Assembly: GCF_009914755.1 (NCBI RefSeq)
Contig: NC_060929.1
Direction: 5' to 3' (one strand)
DNA: 64,000 nt
From: the human T2T-CHM13v2.0 reference genome, Homo sapiens
The notes under the pieces were generated by a model that saw only the letters and a program-made list of their open reading frames with translations, ran no database searches and had not been told where the DNA came from. The stretch's first letter is position 1, and each line of letters starts with the position of its first letter. Of this stretch, positions 45,490-60,850 are shown piece by piece. The position numbers were made by a program, and so were the translations under genes.

Positions 45490-45792
45490 TTTTTTTTTTT
45501 TTTTCTTCTTTGAGGTGGAGTCTTACTCTTGTCCCCCAGGCTGGAGTGCAGTGGCATGATCTTGGCTTACGGCAAACTCCACCTCCTGGGTTCAAAGGAT
45601 CTCCTGCCTCAGCCTCCTGAGTAGCTGGGACTACAGGCACGCACCACCACGCCCGGCTAATTTTGGCATTTTTAGTAGAGGCGGGGGTTTCGCCATGTTG
45701 GCCAGGCTGTCTTGAACTGCTGACTTCAGGTGATCCACCCACCTCGGCCTCCCAAACTTCTGGGATTAAGGCGTGAGCCACTGAGCCTGGCC
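45490..45792 (-). mobile_element. AluS
   Basis: T-tail then reverse-complement Alu ending gagcctggcc; TSD tccacagct(gct)cattc on both sides. Confidence 0.95.
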
Positions 45793-45909
45793 TCCACAGC
45801 TCATTCTTAATAGTGTATTGTCTGTGCTTTTTATTTCTTCTGGGTTATAGCTACCTCTTTATTTCTGCCATTTTTTACATAATATCACAATGCATACATT
45901 TTGCTTGCT

Positions 45910-46042
45910 TGGCTTTTATCTGTTTACTCTTCATTTCCACTACAAAACTATAAGCTCCGCAAGGGCAGGAACCACATCTGACTAGATCACCATCATATCC
46001 CCAGTCATCTGCACATGTCTGGCAGTGTTGAGTAAATGAAAT
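45910..46042 (+). mobile_element. L2 3' end
   Basis: actataagctccgcaagggcaggaaccacatctg...atatccccag...gttgagtaaatgaa. Confidence 0.7.
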
Positions 46043-46419
46043 AATTTTTGAATCTTTGCTTCCACTATAAGAATGTTAACATCAATTTGGATTATGTTGA
46101 AAACTATGGCAACTGCCACAGTTCAGCTTTGATATAAGGACAAATGTTTCATTTGCTATTTATTGTGCTACCAAATTCATATCGAAATATAGAAACTGCG
46201 TGTGTAGCTTCAACAGTAACCCAGTCTTTCTTTTCCCGGATCTAAGTTTCTTGGCCCTTTGTTTTCCCTGGCATGGGTAGAAGAAACTCTACTAACCAAT
46301 AATCACAAAGTCTTCAAGAACGTGCTAATACGACCATGGTTGCTATTTCAAAACCAACTATGGGAAGGGAATGTGAGTAGAGGAATTAGAAAAGACAAAC
46401 TTTTTAAATATTCTTATTA

Positions 46420-47010
46420 AAACATGAATGAACCTTAAGGACATTATGTTAAGTGAAATAAGCCAGGCACAGAAAGACAAATACCACATGATCTTGCTGT
46501 GGAATCTAAATAAGTTGATCTCATAAAAATAGGGAGTAACATTGATATATGGGAGCTAAAAGTTGATCTTACAGAGGTAAAGACTAGAATGACACTTACC
46601 AGAAGCTGGGAAGGTGAGGGTTGGAGAGAGGTGAAGAGAGGCTGGTTATGATGAGGACAAACACAGTTAAATAGAAGGCAGAAGTTCTAGTGTTTAATGG
46701 CATAGTGGAGTGACTACAGTTAACACTAAGTTATTGCATATTTCAAAAAAGCTAGAAGATTTGAAATGTTCCCAACACAAAGAAATGAAAAATGCTTGAG
46801 ATGATGGTTATCCTAATTACCCTGATTTAATCATTTCATATTGTATGCATGTATCAAATATCACATGCACTCCATAAATATGTACAATGATTATTTATCA
46901 ACAAAAAAGGAAAGAAAGAAAAAAGCAATAGAGAGTAAAATGATGGTTACCAGGAGCTTTGAGTAGGGAGGAGGGAACATGGAAAACAGATGGTGGGAGT
47001 GATACAAAAT
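46420..47010 (+). mobile_element. older L1MA 3' end carrying a nested L1MA3/4-like 3' fragment (46540-46926)
   Basis: ggacattatgttaagtgaaataagccaggcacagaaagac; nested copy bounded by aatagggagtaa (46528-39) and aatagagagtaa (46927-38). Confidence 0.8.
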
Positions 47011-48459
47011 ACAAACAAATTAAAATTCCCATTCTATTCTAATAAAGCCACCATCCTCTTCGAGATCAATATGTTCTTAGCTTCCTCAGAACTAAAACAA
47101 CTGAGAAGGCTGAATAAGATGGCACTGTTCTTCATCGCATCTAACTGTTCAGGCTTTTAGGAGAGAATAAGAAAAACAGATGTAGTTAGTGCCCAACAAG
47201 CATTTCACAATTTTCAGCCAATCGTTAATTATCCTTGATCTTTGCCTAAGAGAGTAATGAAAATTTTACAGATTTCGCTATTTCAACAAACTAATTTATA
47301 TTGTAATTAATTTTGTAATGAACAGGTAAAATGTGCATGCATTTTTTACATGTAAACTAGAGAAAATACTGCCCATGAACTGGATATGCATACCGTCTGG
47401 TTATATACTGTCTTGTATACAATCAATATTCAACAAATACAATGTAATAAATAAGGAAATGGTCTAACAACTCACAAAAGGAAACCAATTATAATTATTT
47501 TCAGGTAAGCCAGAATGTTTTAGAAGTATATATTGTTAATATGATCCACAAATCAATGGGGCTTGTTCTACTCATGTAGCATCACAAGTATGTTAATTCT
47601 CAAAAATACTTTTGGAGATTTTTGTTGTTATTAATTTTCATAACAGTTATACACCCTGCTAACCAAAAGTCTGAAAATGATTTGTGCACACAAATAAACT
47701 ATGTTTATCTACAATGTAATGAAGCAGGATGTTCTATGGAACATGACCTAAAAGAGACCCATTCCATAGTTAGATCTGTTCAGATGGTATGATGAGCAAA
47801 GACTTACGAAAATGACTTCACATTTCACATCAGCTTCCTAGGGAATATCACTAATTTAAGTAAATTTGTCTTTGCAGCTTGTTTTCCTCTTCTTCCTTGG
47901 AATCTCCCTCATGAAAATTTTTCAAATAATGTTGACTTCAAAAATTGTCATTTTGTGAATTAAAATTTGGAAAGAAAAACAAGTCAGGGTGTTCAGATGA
48001 TAACAAGTTCTTATTCAGGTTCAACACCAAATAGATGACTGATGGTAATTAGCTGCAGTTCAAGAATTCTCAGATATAAAAATGCTTTAAAGGATTAGTT
48101 GAGGGTTAGCATGATAGGACTTCTTAAAATTACATGAAGCATAGGACCTTCAGGAAAGTTTTTCTTTTTAATTTAATAGGCAAAAACCTGGAAGTGAAAT
48201 GTTCATATGCCCTTCACAAGCCTATTTGAAATAGTTTAGCTAGTCGGTAATAATTTGATTTAGACAATATAAACTGCTAATAAGGTACAGAAAGCATCTC
48301 CTAGGATGTTGTTTTACGTAATAAAGTAACATTTGAAAAGCCAAGTCAAAGCTCAAAGGAAAAAGAGAAGAGTAAACTTCAGAATCTCAGTATCTTTTTT
48401 CCTAAAATAATTGAGCATAAAATAATAAACCATAAACAATGTAGTGATTAGAGGTACTT

Positions 48460-50030
48460 TTTTAGGATGTTTATCTTGAAATACTCTCAAACTTACAGAA
48501 AAGTTGCAAATAATTACAAAAGAAACCACCTTTGTTCAGGATGATTTGACAGTAAATCACTGATCAGATGCCCATCTACCCTCGAATACTCGAGTGGACG
48601 GTTACCATAAACCAGGACATTCTCCTGCTAGATAATGACAACACGACCATCAAAATCAGAAAATTAACACTAATATATTTCTGACATCTCATCTTCACAT
48701 CCTATTCATGTTTTGCCAATTGTCTTAATAACTGCTTTTACATTTTTTTAAAAATCACACATTACACTTAGTTATATTGACTTTTTAATGTCCTTCACTA
48801 CCATTGTTCCACAGTCTTATCTTGACTTTCATAATGCTTACATTTTGGAAGATTATAGTCCTGTTATTTTATAAAAGTTTCCTCAAATGGGATTTTTTTT
48901 AAAGTTTTCTCCTAACAATTAACTTCCGATTATACACCTTTGGCAGGAATATCACAGAAATAATGCTCTCTTTTCCCCTTTGTAATTAGTAAATAATTTT
49001 GTGAGAAAGTTCTTTTAAACTATGAAAATATCCCATTTCTCATCACGTTTTCAATTTATTCATTAATTGTTTATATCAGCATAGACTCATGCTTTCCATT
49101 TTTATTCAATGGCTTACAATCCACTATTATCTTTATTTTTATTGATGTTCAATTTATCTTAAATTTGGTCAGCAGTAACAACTTCCAGCTGGAGCCTGCG
49201 TCCTTTTGATATGTCCCTGCCAATCGGCAAGCATTTCCTTGCTCTATGGTACGAGATGTTCCAGCATCATCTTGTCGTGTCCCTACCGCTGCCCTGGAAT
49301 AAGCCTTTCCTTCAGTGGAGAATGGTATTTTGAAATCAAGATCTGGACACTAGATGTGCCAGCGACCACTGGGGAGTCATTGCTCCCAAATTGCCTTAGT
49401 TAACAGAGCTAAGTGTGTATGTGTCTGCGTTTGTGTGTGTGTTCACAAACATCTATGTTTATTTCTATATCTATTTATCTATATATTTAAAACCATGTAT
49501 TTACACCAATACCTCCAATCCCAATCTAACACCATAAGATTTGTTCTCGTTTTCTCCCTTTTTGTATTCGTAACTTCCCTCAGGAATTTGACTCATGTTG
49601 TCTTTAATACACATTTATTCACTCAGTCCCCCAATATGTATTAAATTGCTCATCATAACCACCACCTCCTCCCTTGCGTGGGAGCCCTTTCACCCTTTTT
49701 GGGCTCCACTGCTCTACCCTGAGAGCATCCCTTAGATGGACATCCTCCTTACTATGGTTAGCCTCAGGCGCTGTGCAGCTGATCCCACGCGCCCACGCCC
49801 TCCGCACCAAGCTCCGGGTTGAACACACCACACTCTGTAGATGTCCTGATCACCCTCCTCAGGCTCCCACATCTTGCTCCCATCCAGCATGACTATTCTC
49901 CCCACAACCACAACCCCACAGGGGCAGTTGTACTGCACAGACAACTACCTCACCCTGCCCCACCTAATGGCTTTGCTATTGAATTGTTTAATAGGACAAG
50001 AACAGAAGAAGAATAGGAAGGGGAAAGGGG
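48460..50030 (-). mobile_element. L1MC (L1MC4-like) 3' region including its C-rich subrepeat segment
   Basis: ctcaaacttacagaaaagttgcaa; ggacattctcct; ccatcaaaatcagaaaattaaca; ccagcatcatcttg...gccctggaataagcc; ccacctaatggcttt...gaattgtt. Confidence 0.75.
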
Positions 50031-52364
50031 AAAAGGAGAGCTACTGTTACTTTTTTGAAATTACTTTCAGCTTCCTTTGTGGGGATGGAAAGCAATTGTA
50101 CAGTGAGACTATTTGTGGCAGATTGGCAGATTTGATGACAGAAAATCTAAGTTCTACTTACAGAGTAAACAGTCCTTTTACCCTAACTCAGAAAATTGTA
50201 TTACAATTTTATTACACAATATTATGTGAAGTAATTCATTTTTTAACAAATTACATGTTAAATTGAATATGTCCTAGGAGGATAGATTTAATAATGCAAG
50301 GAGGACTCTTTTTATCTAACTACACTAGGATGATTAAGGCAGTATATTCACACACATAAGAGCAGTAGAAGAGTGAAGAAACTATTTGGAGAACTTAAGA
50401 CAAAAAAAAGCACTTCAAATTTGCCAGATATTGACAAAATAAAAGATTATTTTGTCTGGAGTAGCCAGATAATTGCTTTAATTCTTTTAGTATAAAGTAT
50501 TCTTTACCACAAGAATGTCTTCCCTGCTCTATTAAAGGCAATTATCCCTTAATACAGGCTCTGACAATTTGTAGTACAAGTATTTTCTACCAAGCCAAAA
50601 TTATGGGTACTTAAGGATTCTAAAAAACAATTATTAGAGAAAGAGAAAGTTTGTTGCAGATGCATTGCCTTTAAGGGTGGCCCATGCATTTAATTCCAGG
50701 ACAGAAAACAAAAATAATTTGGGTCGTTTCTTATGAATGGAAATGAAAAGTATGAGAATTATGGAAGTTTGTAGACATGTTCTCATGGTTAATTTTAATA
50801 TGGCCTATTAGCATCTGATATTTCAGCCAGAACAAATACATCCCCTCCTCCCAAAAAAGCAATATGCAAAAATATTTCACATTATGTAAGTCTTTTTTTC
50901 AAGAGAGTATTATTACCCTATCAAGATAATTAAATCTCTAAAAGAATCTTCACGATGATGTGCAGATCTTTTATGGACAGTTCACCTCAATTTTTTCTGT
51001 CTACGGAGCATTTATTATTACATTTAGTACAAGTACAATTTGTCTTTATAGACTTTTGTTATTAGAGAAAATGTTGCAAGGAGAGAGAGTAAAAATGAAT
51101 TTAAGAGACTGAAATAGTGTACATTAGTGTGTTCTATTATGGAAAATTATGGTATAATAGCGAAATATCTTAACTCATCACTTCTAAGTGGCCATTCATT
51201 AAAAGATCCTAAAAACAGATGATGTTTTCTCAGTTCTTTTTTTTTCTTGACAAGTAAAGAAATCTTTTCTATTATGGGGAACCTAGTTTTCATCATCACT
51301 TTTAAATATTTAACTGAGAATGTAAAAGGGAATTTTTTTCACTAAGCAGAGTCACTTGTTCTGCATGTTCTCCTTTAGTACATACTACAGTCCTGTCAGT
51401 TATATTGCCTGCTTGTACCTTTTCCTACCTTTGAGCTAACCTTCAGCTTATTCTTTCAAGATACAATAGAGAAAAGCTTGCACTTCAAAGTTGAACATAC
51501 CCAAGTATAGAACAGGTTCCAAACACCTCACACCTAGATAAGCCTCTCCCTTCAAGCCTCTCAAATAAATATAGTAAGGCTCAAAGAGAGCTTTTTGCTG
51601 TGCTGAATCATGCTTATAAAATTCAGTTTACTACTCATACCACTGAGAATTTTTTCCACATTTTACAGTGTGAAAGTGTTGTATGTACTATATGTGTACC
51701 TATCCAATGCATGTATATATGTATTTCATATGTATGATATGTAGTTAGACTATATAATAAAGTGCTCTAGTTCTCATTTGACATTGTCTTCAATTATTTT
51801 CATTAATCCTCTGCTCCGTTCATAAACTACATATTGTAAAGTTATTTTAGATTTTTATCTTGGAAAGATGATTAGACTAGGTAGGGCAGACCCTCACCTG
51901 GAAATTATGAGAAAAATTCTGGAACCCACAGCGAACAGATCAGATTAGCTGGTTTCCTTAATGAAGTAGCCACCATCCCTTCTCTGTACACACAGAGTTC
52001 ATTCAAATATCTGTGCCTGTGTTCATTACACATCTTATTCCAGGAAAATTTTACCCACTCATAAAGGTCCCAATCAAAAGTCATGTCGTTTCTGACTGCT
52101 TCCTAAACTACCCAGTCTAGTTTCATATTCTCACTCCCCTCCCCTCCCATTGTCCTTTGTACATTTCTCTGTATCATTGGCCATAATGGTTTATTAGATT
52201 AGATTTGAGAAGTACCCTGCCTATTAGCAATTACTAGTTCTGAGGGTAAATAATTTTGGGTTCTATATTTGCTTCTAGTAGATAAGTCCTTCTCCTCAAG
52301 AAGATGTCTCCCCCATGTTAAGTGGTCTGGATGTTTTGAAAAGACATAATCTATAGAAAATACA

Positions 52365-52664
52365 GGCCAGGCGCAGTGGCTCACGCCTGTAATCCCAGCC
52401 CTTTGGAAGGCTGAGGTGGGTGGATTACTTGAGGTCAGGAGTTCGAGACCAGCCTGGCCAACATGGTAAAACTCCATCTCTACTAAAAATACAGAAATTA
52501 GCTAGGCATCATGATGGGTAATCCCAGCTACTCAAAGGCTGAAAAACAAGAATCGCTGGAACCTGAGAGACAAGAGGTTGCAGTGAGACGAGATAGTGCC
52601 ACTGCTCTCCAGTCTGGGTGACAGAGCAAGACATCTAAAAAAAAAAAAAAAAAAGGAAAAGAAA
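52365..52664 (+). mobile_element. AluS
   Basis: dimeric Alu; TSD agaaaataca at 52355-64 and 52665-74. Confidence 0.95.
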
Positions 52665-52802
52665 AGAAAATACAGAATTTACCCTGAAAAAAATTTAATT
52701 GAGCAAATATGAAACAAACAGCAAAAAGAGGGCAAAAATAAACCTATGAACATGGACATTTAAAAGTACTCACTTAAGTAGTACTTCAATTAAAAAGGAA
52801 AT

Positions 52803-53343
52803 TGTATCAAACACCTCATACATCCTCATATCCTCTGGGCACTCTCCCTAATGCTGCCACAGCTGTGGTAATCAGTTCCACACAAGCTTTGGGTATATTT
52901 GTGCATATGCACCTGAGGGGACCATGACATTGGGTCACACCCCACTCTCTCTTCCTGCCCTGGAACTTCTCTGATGCTATGAAATGGCATCCTCATAGGA
53001 ACCTGTTCTATGCTTAGGTATGTTCAACCATGAAGTATAAGGGACTTAAGACTCATATAAGCACCACTGAGCAATTGAAAACTTGGATCTAATGGATAAG
53101 TGTTTAGCCATCTTATCACCAGGTGGACAGTTCTAAGTCATACCTTGAAAGGCTTCTCAAAAGACTGCACAAAATTTAGCACCTGTTGCCCTTATTGATA
53201 ATATATTATACTCTTGGCATTCTTTCTTCCCTGTTCATCCTCGTCTTCCTCACACTTGATACCTAGGGTCACCATTCTAAATAAATGACCCACAACCATG
53301 CTCTTGTATTAGGCACTGCTTTAAAGGAAACTGAGATGAAGAT
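52803..53343 (+). mobile_element. LTR16-family (ERVL) LTR
   Basis: aggtggacagttctaag; terminus aaataaatgacccacaaccatgctcttgtattaggcactgctttaaaggaaactgagatgaaga. Confidence 0.65.
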
Positions 53344-53344
53344 G

Positions 53345-53624
53345 TAAACCAAAACTGCAATTATCATCACATTAGAAATGAGCACAAATAAGAATGCTGT
53401 ATATTAAAAGCCCATATTAAAATATGGCCAAAGAACAATTCAGAAGAAAATATGCAACCTTAAGTGCATATGTGACATAATAAGAGAGAATAAAAATAAA
53501 TGACTAAGCTTTGAATTCAAAAAGCTACAAGAGAAGCAATAAAGTAAACCCAAGGAAAGCAAAAATAAAAATTAAAAAAGGATTAATAAGATAAAATTAT
53601 AAATAAATACAAAAGAAAACAGAA
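53345..53624 (+). mobile_element. old L1M ORF2 fragment
   Basis: aaataaatgactaagctttgaattcaaaaagctacaagagaagcaataaagtaaacccaaggaaagc. Confidence 0.6.
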
Positions 53625-54265
53625 GGCTGGACACAGTTGCTCACTCATGTAATCCCAGTACTTCTGGTGGCAGAGGCAGGAAGATCTCTTGAGCCCAGGA
53701 GTCCAAGACTAGCCTGGGCAACATAAACAGACCTTGTGTATTAGTCTGTTTTCATGCTGCTGATAAGACATACCCAAGACTGGCAATTTACAAAAGAAAG
53801 AAATTTAATTGGATTTACAGTTCCACGTGGCTGGGGAAGCCTCACAGTCATGGTGGATGATTGTGATGGCAGCGGGCAAAGAGAGAGGCACACTTGTGAA
53901 GGGAAACTCCCCTTTTTATAACTATCAGATCTAGTGAAACTTATTCCCTATCACAAGAACAGCACGGGAAAGACCTGCCTCATGATTGAATTACCTCCCA
54001 CGAGGTCACTCCCACAACACATGGGAATTCAACATGAGATTTGGTGGGGACACAGCCAACCATATCACCTTGTCTCTACAAAAAAATTAAAAGCTAGCTG
54101 GGCATGTTGGCACATGCCTGTAGTTTCAGCTACTCAGGAGGCTAAGGTGGGAGAATCACTTGAGCCCCGGAGGTTGAGGCTGCAGTAAGCCATGATCATG
54201 TCACCACACTCCAGCCTGGGCAACAGGGTGAAAACTTGTCTCAATAAATGAATAAATAAAACAAA
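53625..54265 (+). mobile_element. AluJ split by a THE1 LTR
   Basis: left arm 53625-53736; resumes at 54068 with ccttgtctctac and the right arm. Confidence 0.92.
53737..54067 (-). mobile_element. THE1B-like solo LTR
   Basis: tgtattagtc...ggggacacagccaaccatatca; perfect TSD ccttg at 53732-36 and 54068-72. Confidence 0.94.
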
Positions 54266-54270
54266 ATAAT

Positions 54271-57050
<2,780 letters not shown>

Positions 57051-57059
57051 ATTGGACAA

Positions 57060-57495
57060 AAGCCAAATACTGCAAAAATCCCAAATGATCATCAACAGAT
57101 GAATGAATACATAAAGTATGGCATATCCATACTCATCATAATTAATTAACTGCTAATACATATAAAAGTATGGATAAATCTCAAAATCATTATGTTGAAT
57201 GAAAGAAGCCAGACTCTTTCATTCAAGTATTGTTCCATTTATATTTGTAAAAATTTGTATAACATTATAGAAAATGCAAACCAATCTATAGTGACAGACA
57301 GCAGATCCGTGATTGTCTTGGGCCAGGGACAGAAGAAAGAGGGACTACAGAGGGACACGGGACAATTTTACAGGTGATGGAATTGTTCTCCGTATTGTTA
57401 TGGTTGCAGATTCACAAAAATATATCCCTCTAAAGACTCATCGAATATGGGCAATTTACTGCACTTAAATTACATCGATTAAAATTTATCTTTAA
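57060..57495 (+). mobile_element. L1MD/ME 3' end
   Basis: tggataaatctcaaaatcattatgttgaatgaaagaagccagac...ctatagtgacagacagcagatc...ggtgatggaattgttc. Confidence 0.75.
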
Positions 57496-60039
57496 AAATA
57501 AATGAACAAGCCAGGATAAAACCAGAATAAATAGTACTTACCTCATGGAGTTCTTTGAGTAATATATGAGATTATACGTTTAATGTACTTATGATAGTGA
57601 CTCACATATTATAAATATTTAATATTTGCTGTTTTTATCATTATTATTGATATGACTAAGATTATTAATAAGTCATTTGTATGTGATGAAAAGTTGATTA
57701 GGTTTCATCTTTCCTTCATGATGATCTGTATATTAATTGGGCCTCCATACAATATTCTACTTAGTTTCAAAAATGAATTATTGAGTTAAAAATGACTTCA
57801 GATAGTTGGTTCTTTGGCTTAAGTCTGCATTCACAGAACCCATATCCTGGTGAACATGGTGGCCTGGGTCAATTGCAGAAAATCTAAAGAACAGAAGCTC
57901 CTTTCCCTCACTTCCTTTTTTTTTTATTTTTAATTACACAAAGAAGTCACTTACAGATGCTAGCCCCTTTGCCTTCAAAGAAAATGCATGCAGACCTTTC
58001 TCTGGTGTTTTAGATTCTTGTTGCTTGCTAAAAAAAGAAGGCAAAATAGTGCTGAGAATTTCCCCTGCCAGATGTTAATCAAGAACAGAAGTAAAAAGTG
58101 CTCCATATTTTACAACATGCCATCTCCAAGTCTTCTTACAGTCAGCTAATAGACCAAGAACACAGATACAGCATGTCAAAGTGGTCTCAATATATTCTTT
58201 TTAAACTCTAAAGCGTTAGTAAGTAGATATGATAGGGGTGCCACCAGAAGCATATCTGGCTCTGGATTTTAAAATTTGAACATTATAGCCGGGACCCAAA
58301 ATATTAAAGATTAAAAAAATTAGGAAGTGGTTAATCAACCTCATTAAGGACCATGCATTTCATAGATGTTTGTTCAAGATAGAAGGGCTATTTTTTCCTT
58401 ATTCTAATTGTTACATGGGTTTTAAGTCTGTTTACCTGCTTATATCCTTGAATTAATTCAAGTTGTACAGGCTTTAGGAGTTATAGCTCCTTGAGTGTTC
58501 TTGGAAAAAAAGAACGATCTTATATAAAGACCCAAAAGGAACAGTACCCAGTGTCTGTCCACTTTAGACAGATCTAGAAAGCCACTAGAATACTAAAGAC
58601 AGCTTCTGGGCAGTTTTCCTAGCCCAGTTTGTGTAGCATCAAAATAAAATATAAGATCACAGATGCTTTGGACATGGAAAAAAGTCTTGAACATAGGACT
58701 TTGGGAACAACATTAAAGAGCTGAGTGCAAAAGTGCAATATGCATGAGTAAGCAAATGCTTAGAGTATATATGTGTGCAGGCAAACATTTGTTACAAAGA
58801 CACCTTGCCTAACTCCTGCAAGGTTGGGGAAGGAAGACTAGAGAGGGGAAAGGAAGAACATCTAGAATTTGGAGAAAACAGAAATTTTTGGACTGTTCTT
58901 CAGTTTTTGCTGATTTTTCTCTTGCTCGAGGCATTTTTTTCAGAGTAAGATATTCCTCAGGGATGTCCATTTTATCTAATAGCATACAAGTGGGTCCTAT
59001 GCCTTCCTTTAGTGTATGATTAATCTGTTTGCCATTTGAAAACTTTTGTTCTGGGATCCATCCAAGGTATTTTACATAATTATCTGGTATTTCATCTGAT
59101 ACACAAAGACCCATAAAAGCAAGATATATTGCAGTCCTGGGTTAGCATTACCAGAGTCATGAGTGATGTCTGTGCTGAAAGTCAGGAAGGCATTCCTGAA
59201 TGTGACCATCATTAGGCCATGACTCTCCTGAAAGTGAGACCTAGGAAACTTTCCTGATTGAGTTATTCAAAACCAGACCAGAACTTACACTTGGCACAGT
59301 CAGAAGAAAGGCTGGACAACCAACCAAATGAGTCTTTTCTTCTCCAATTCCTACATTCCTTTTGGAAATTTGTTCTTCACATTAATAAACTCAAGAGTAC
59401 AAGTAATTTTAGAAAAACCTGTATGATTTACAACCCAGGGGCCTGACTTTCTTGTTGATAACACGTAATTCAATAATGCTTCTCTGGAAGTTCCTTATAT
59501 GTATAGGAACAAAAGCTTGTGATCAAAATTGGAACATATGGACTGAAATTATTTCTAAATATGAGACCAACTACTTGAAATCTAGGCTTTGTGGTCACCA
59601 TGGATAGCTGCTAACTCTGGCTATCCAGAACAACCGCAAAGAAAAACAGCAAAATCAATATGAATGTTAACAAGTCCATGTACAAATACTCCAGTACTTC
59701 ACTCACAGGATACACCTTGGGCTTTTTCCATGATCACTTCTATTATTTTAGACATAATTCTAATAGTCTAGTTAATTAATCTTGGGCCCTGAGTAATCAG
59801 AAGAAACAATAATATGAATAAGAAGACCGATTCTTAGAGGCAGGCATACATACATCAGAGAGAAGTGACCCATCACAGAAGTGATATGGGAAGGATATTA
59901 AAAACATCCCAAAATCCAATAGTTTGTGATCTCTTTATTGTATTTAAAAGATGTCTAAAATAGGTAGGGACAAAGAAATCTACATGACCCAAGAATCCCA
60001 AAGAGTCTCCTGGAATACAGTAAACATTGAGATTAAGTG

Positions 60040-60250
60040 CAGCCATAGCCTGAACTTCAATCCTGTTCAGTGCCACCTGGTTTCAGTTCTCAGTGTTCTC
60101 AACTATAAAGGGGGGATAATACTATTATCTAACTCATAAAATTACTCTGACAGTTATAAGACATTATAACTATGAATTCGTATATGACTTAATGTGTACC
60201 TGGCACATTGTATTGTAAGTACTACGTAAAGTATTAGCTATGATAATTAT
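60040..60250 (+). mobile_element. MIR
   Basis: tctcagtgttctcaactataaagggggataatactattatctaactcata...cctggcacattgt. Confidence 0.7.
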
Positions 60251-60394
60251 GCATGTACATATAAACCGAATAGTCTGGATCACAATAATAATTACACCAT
60301 AACCTTGTATAGTGCTTCAGAGGATCCCTGGAAGATAGGCAGGACAGATATCAGTTTGAAAAAGACTGTCTTAGCACATTCTCATTTTTTGACC

Positions 60395-60835
60395 TACATT
60401 CTGATCACTTGCTTACTTCCTGGAGAAATCACTTTTAGCCTCTAAATCTCAGCTAAAACAGCTTCTTTTCGAATCCTCCTGTGGCCAAGAATGGCGTGGG
60501 CCCGGGAGGCAGAGCTTTCGGTGAGCCAAGTGAGCCACTGCATTCCAGCCTGGGCAACAGAGCGAGACTCCATCTCAACCAAAAAAAAAAAACAGAAGCC
60601 TCCTGTGGCCAATAACCAGATGAAATAAGCTACTTCTCCCCTAAGGTCTCCCACTGTGTTCCTGTAACTCTCCTACCATGGCACTCTGCTCTGTGATGGT
60701 GTTCTTGACTACCTCTTCCACCAAACTGTAATTTTTCTAATGGCAAGGACTACCTCATTCAGTATTAAGCAACCAATCCCTGGCACATAGTATGTGTACA
60801 TTAAATGTGTTATTTAGCATAGAATGGAATGAATC
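60395..60835 (+). mobile_element. L2 3' portion containing a truncated Alu
   Basis: ccaccaaactgtaa...ggcaaggactacctcattc...cctggcacatagtatgtg...gaatggaatgaat. Confidence 0.65.
60489..60594 (+). mobile_element. 5'-truncated AluY-type right-arm insertion
   Basis: gaatggcgtg...gagactccatctc plus A tail; TSD gaa(t/g)cctcctgtggccaa at 60471-88 and 60595-612. Confidence 0.9.
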
Positions 60836-60850
60836 TATTAGTCTGAAAGC

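Noticed and set aside
49619-50266. GC-rich patch with many ORFs, possible CpG island or exon
   Set aside because: Continuous with the L1MC element and resembles its C-rich subrepeats; too short and CpG-poor for an island
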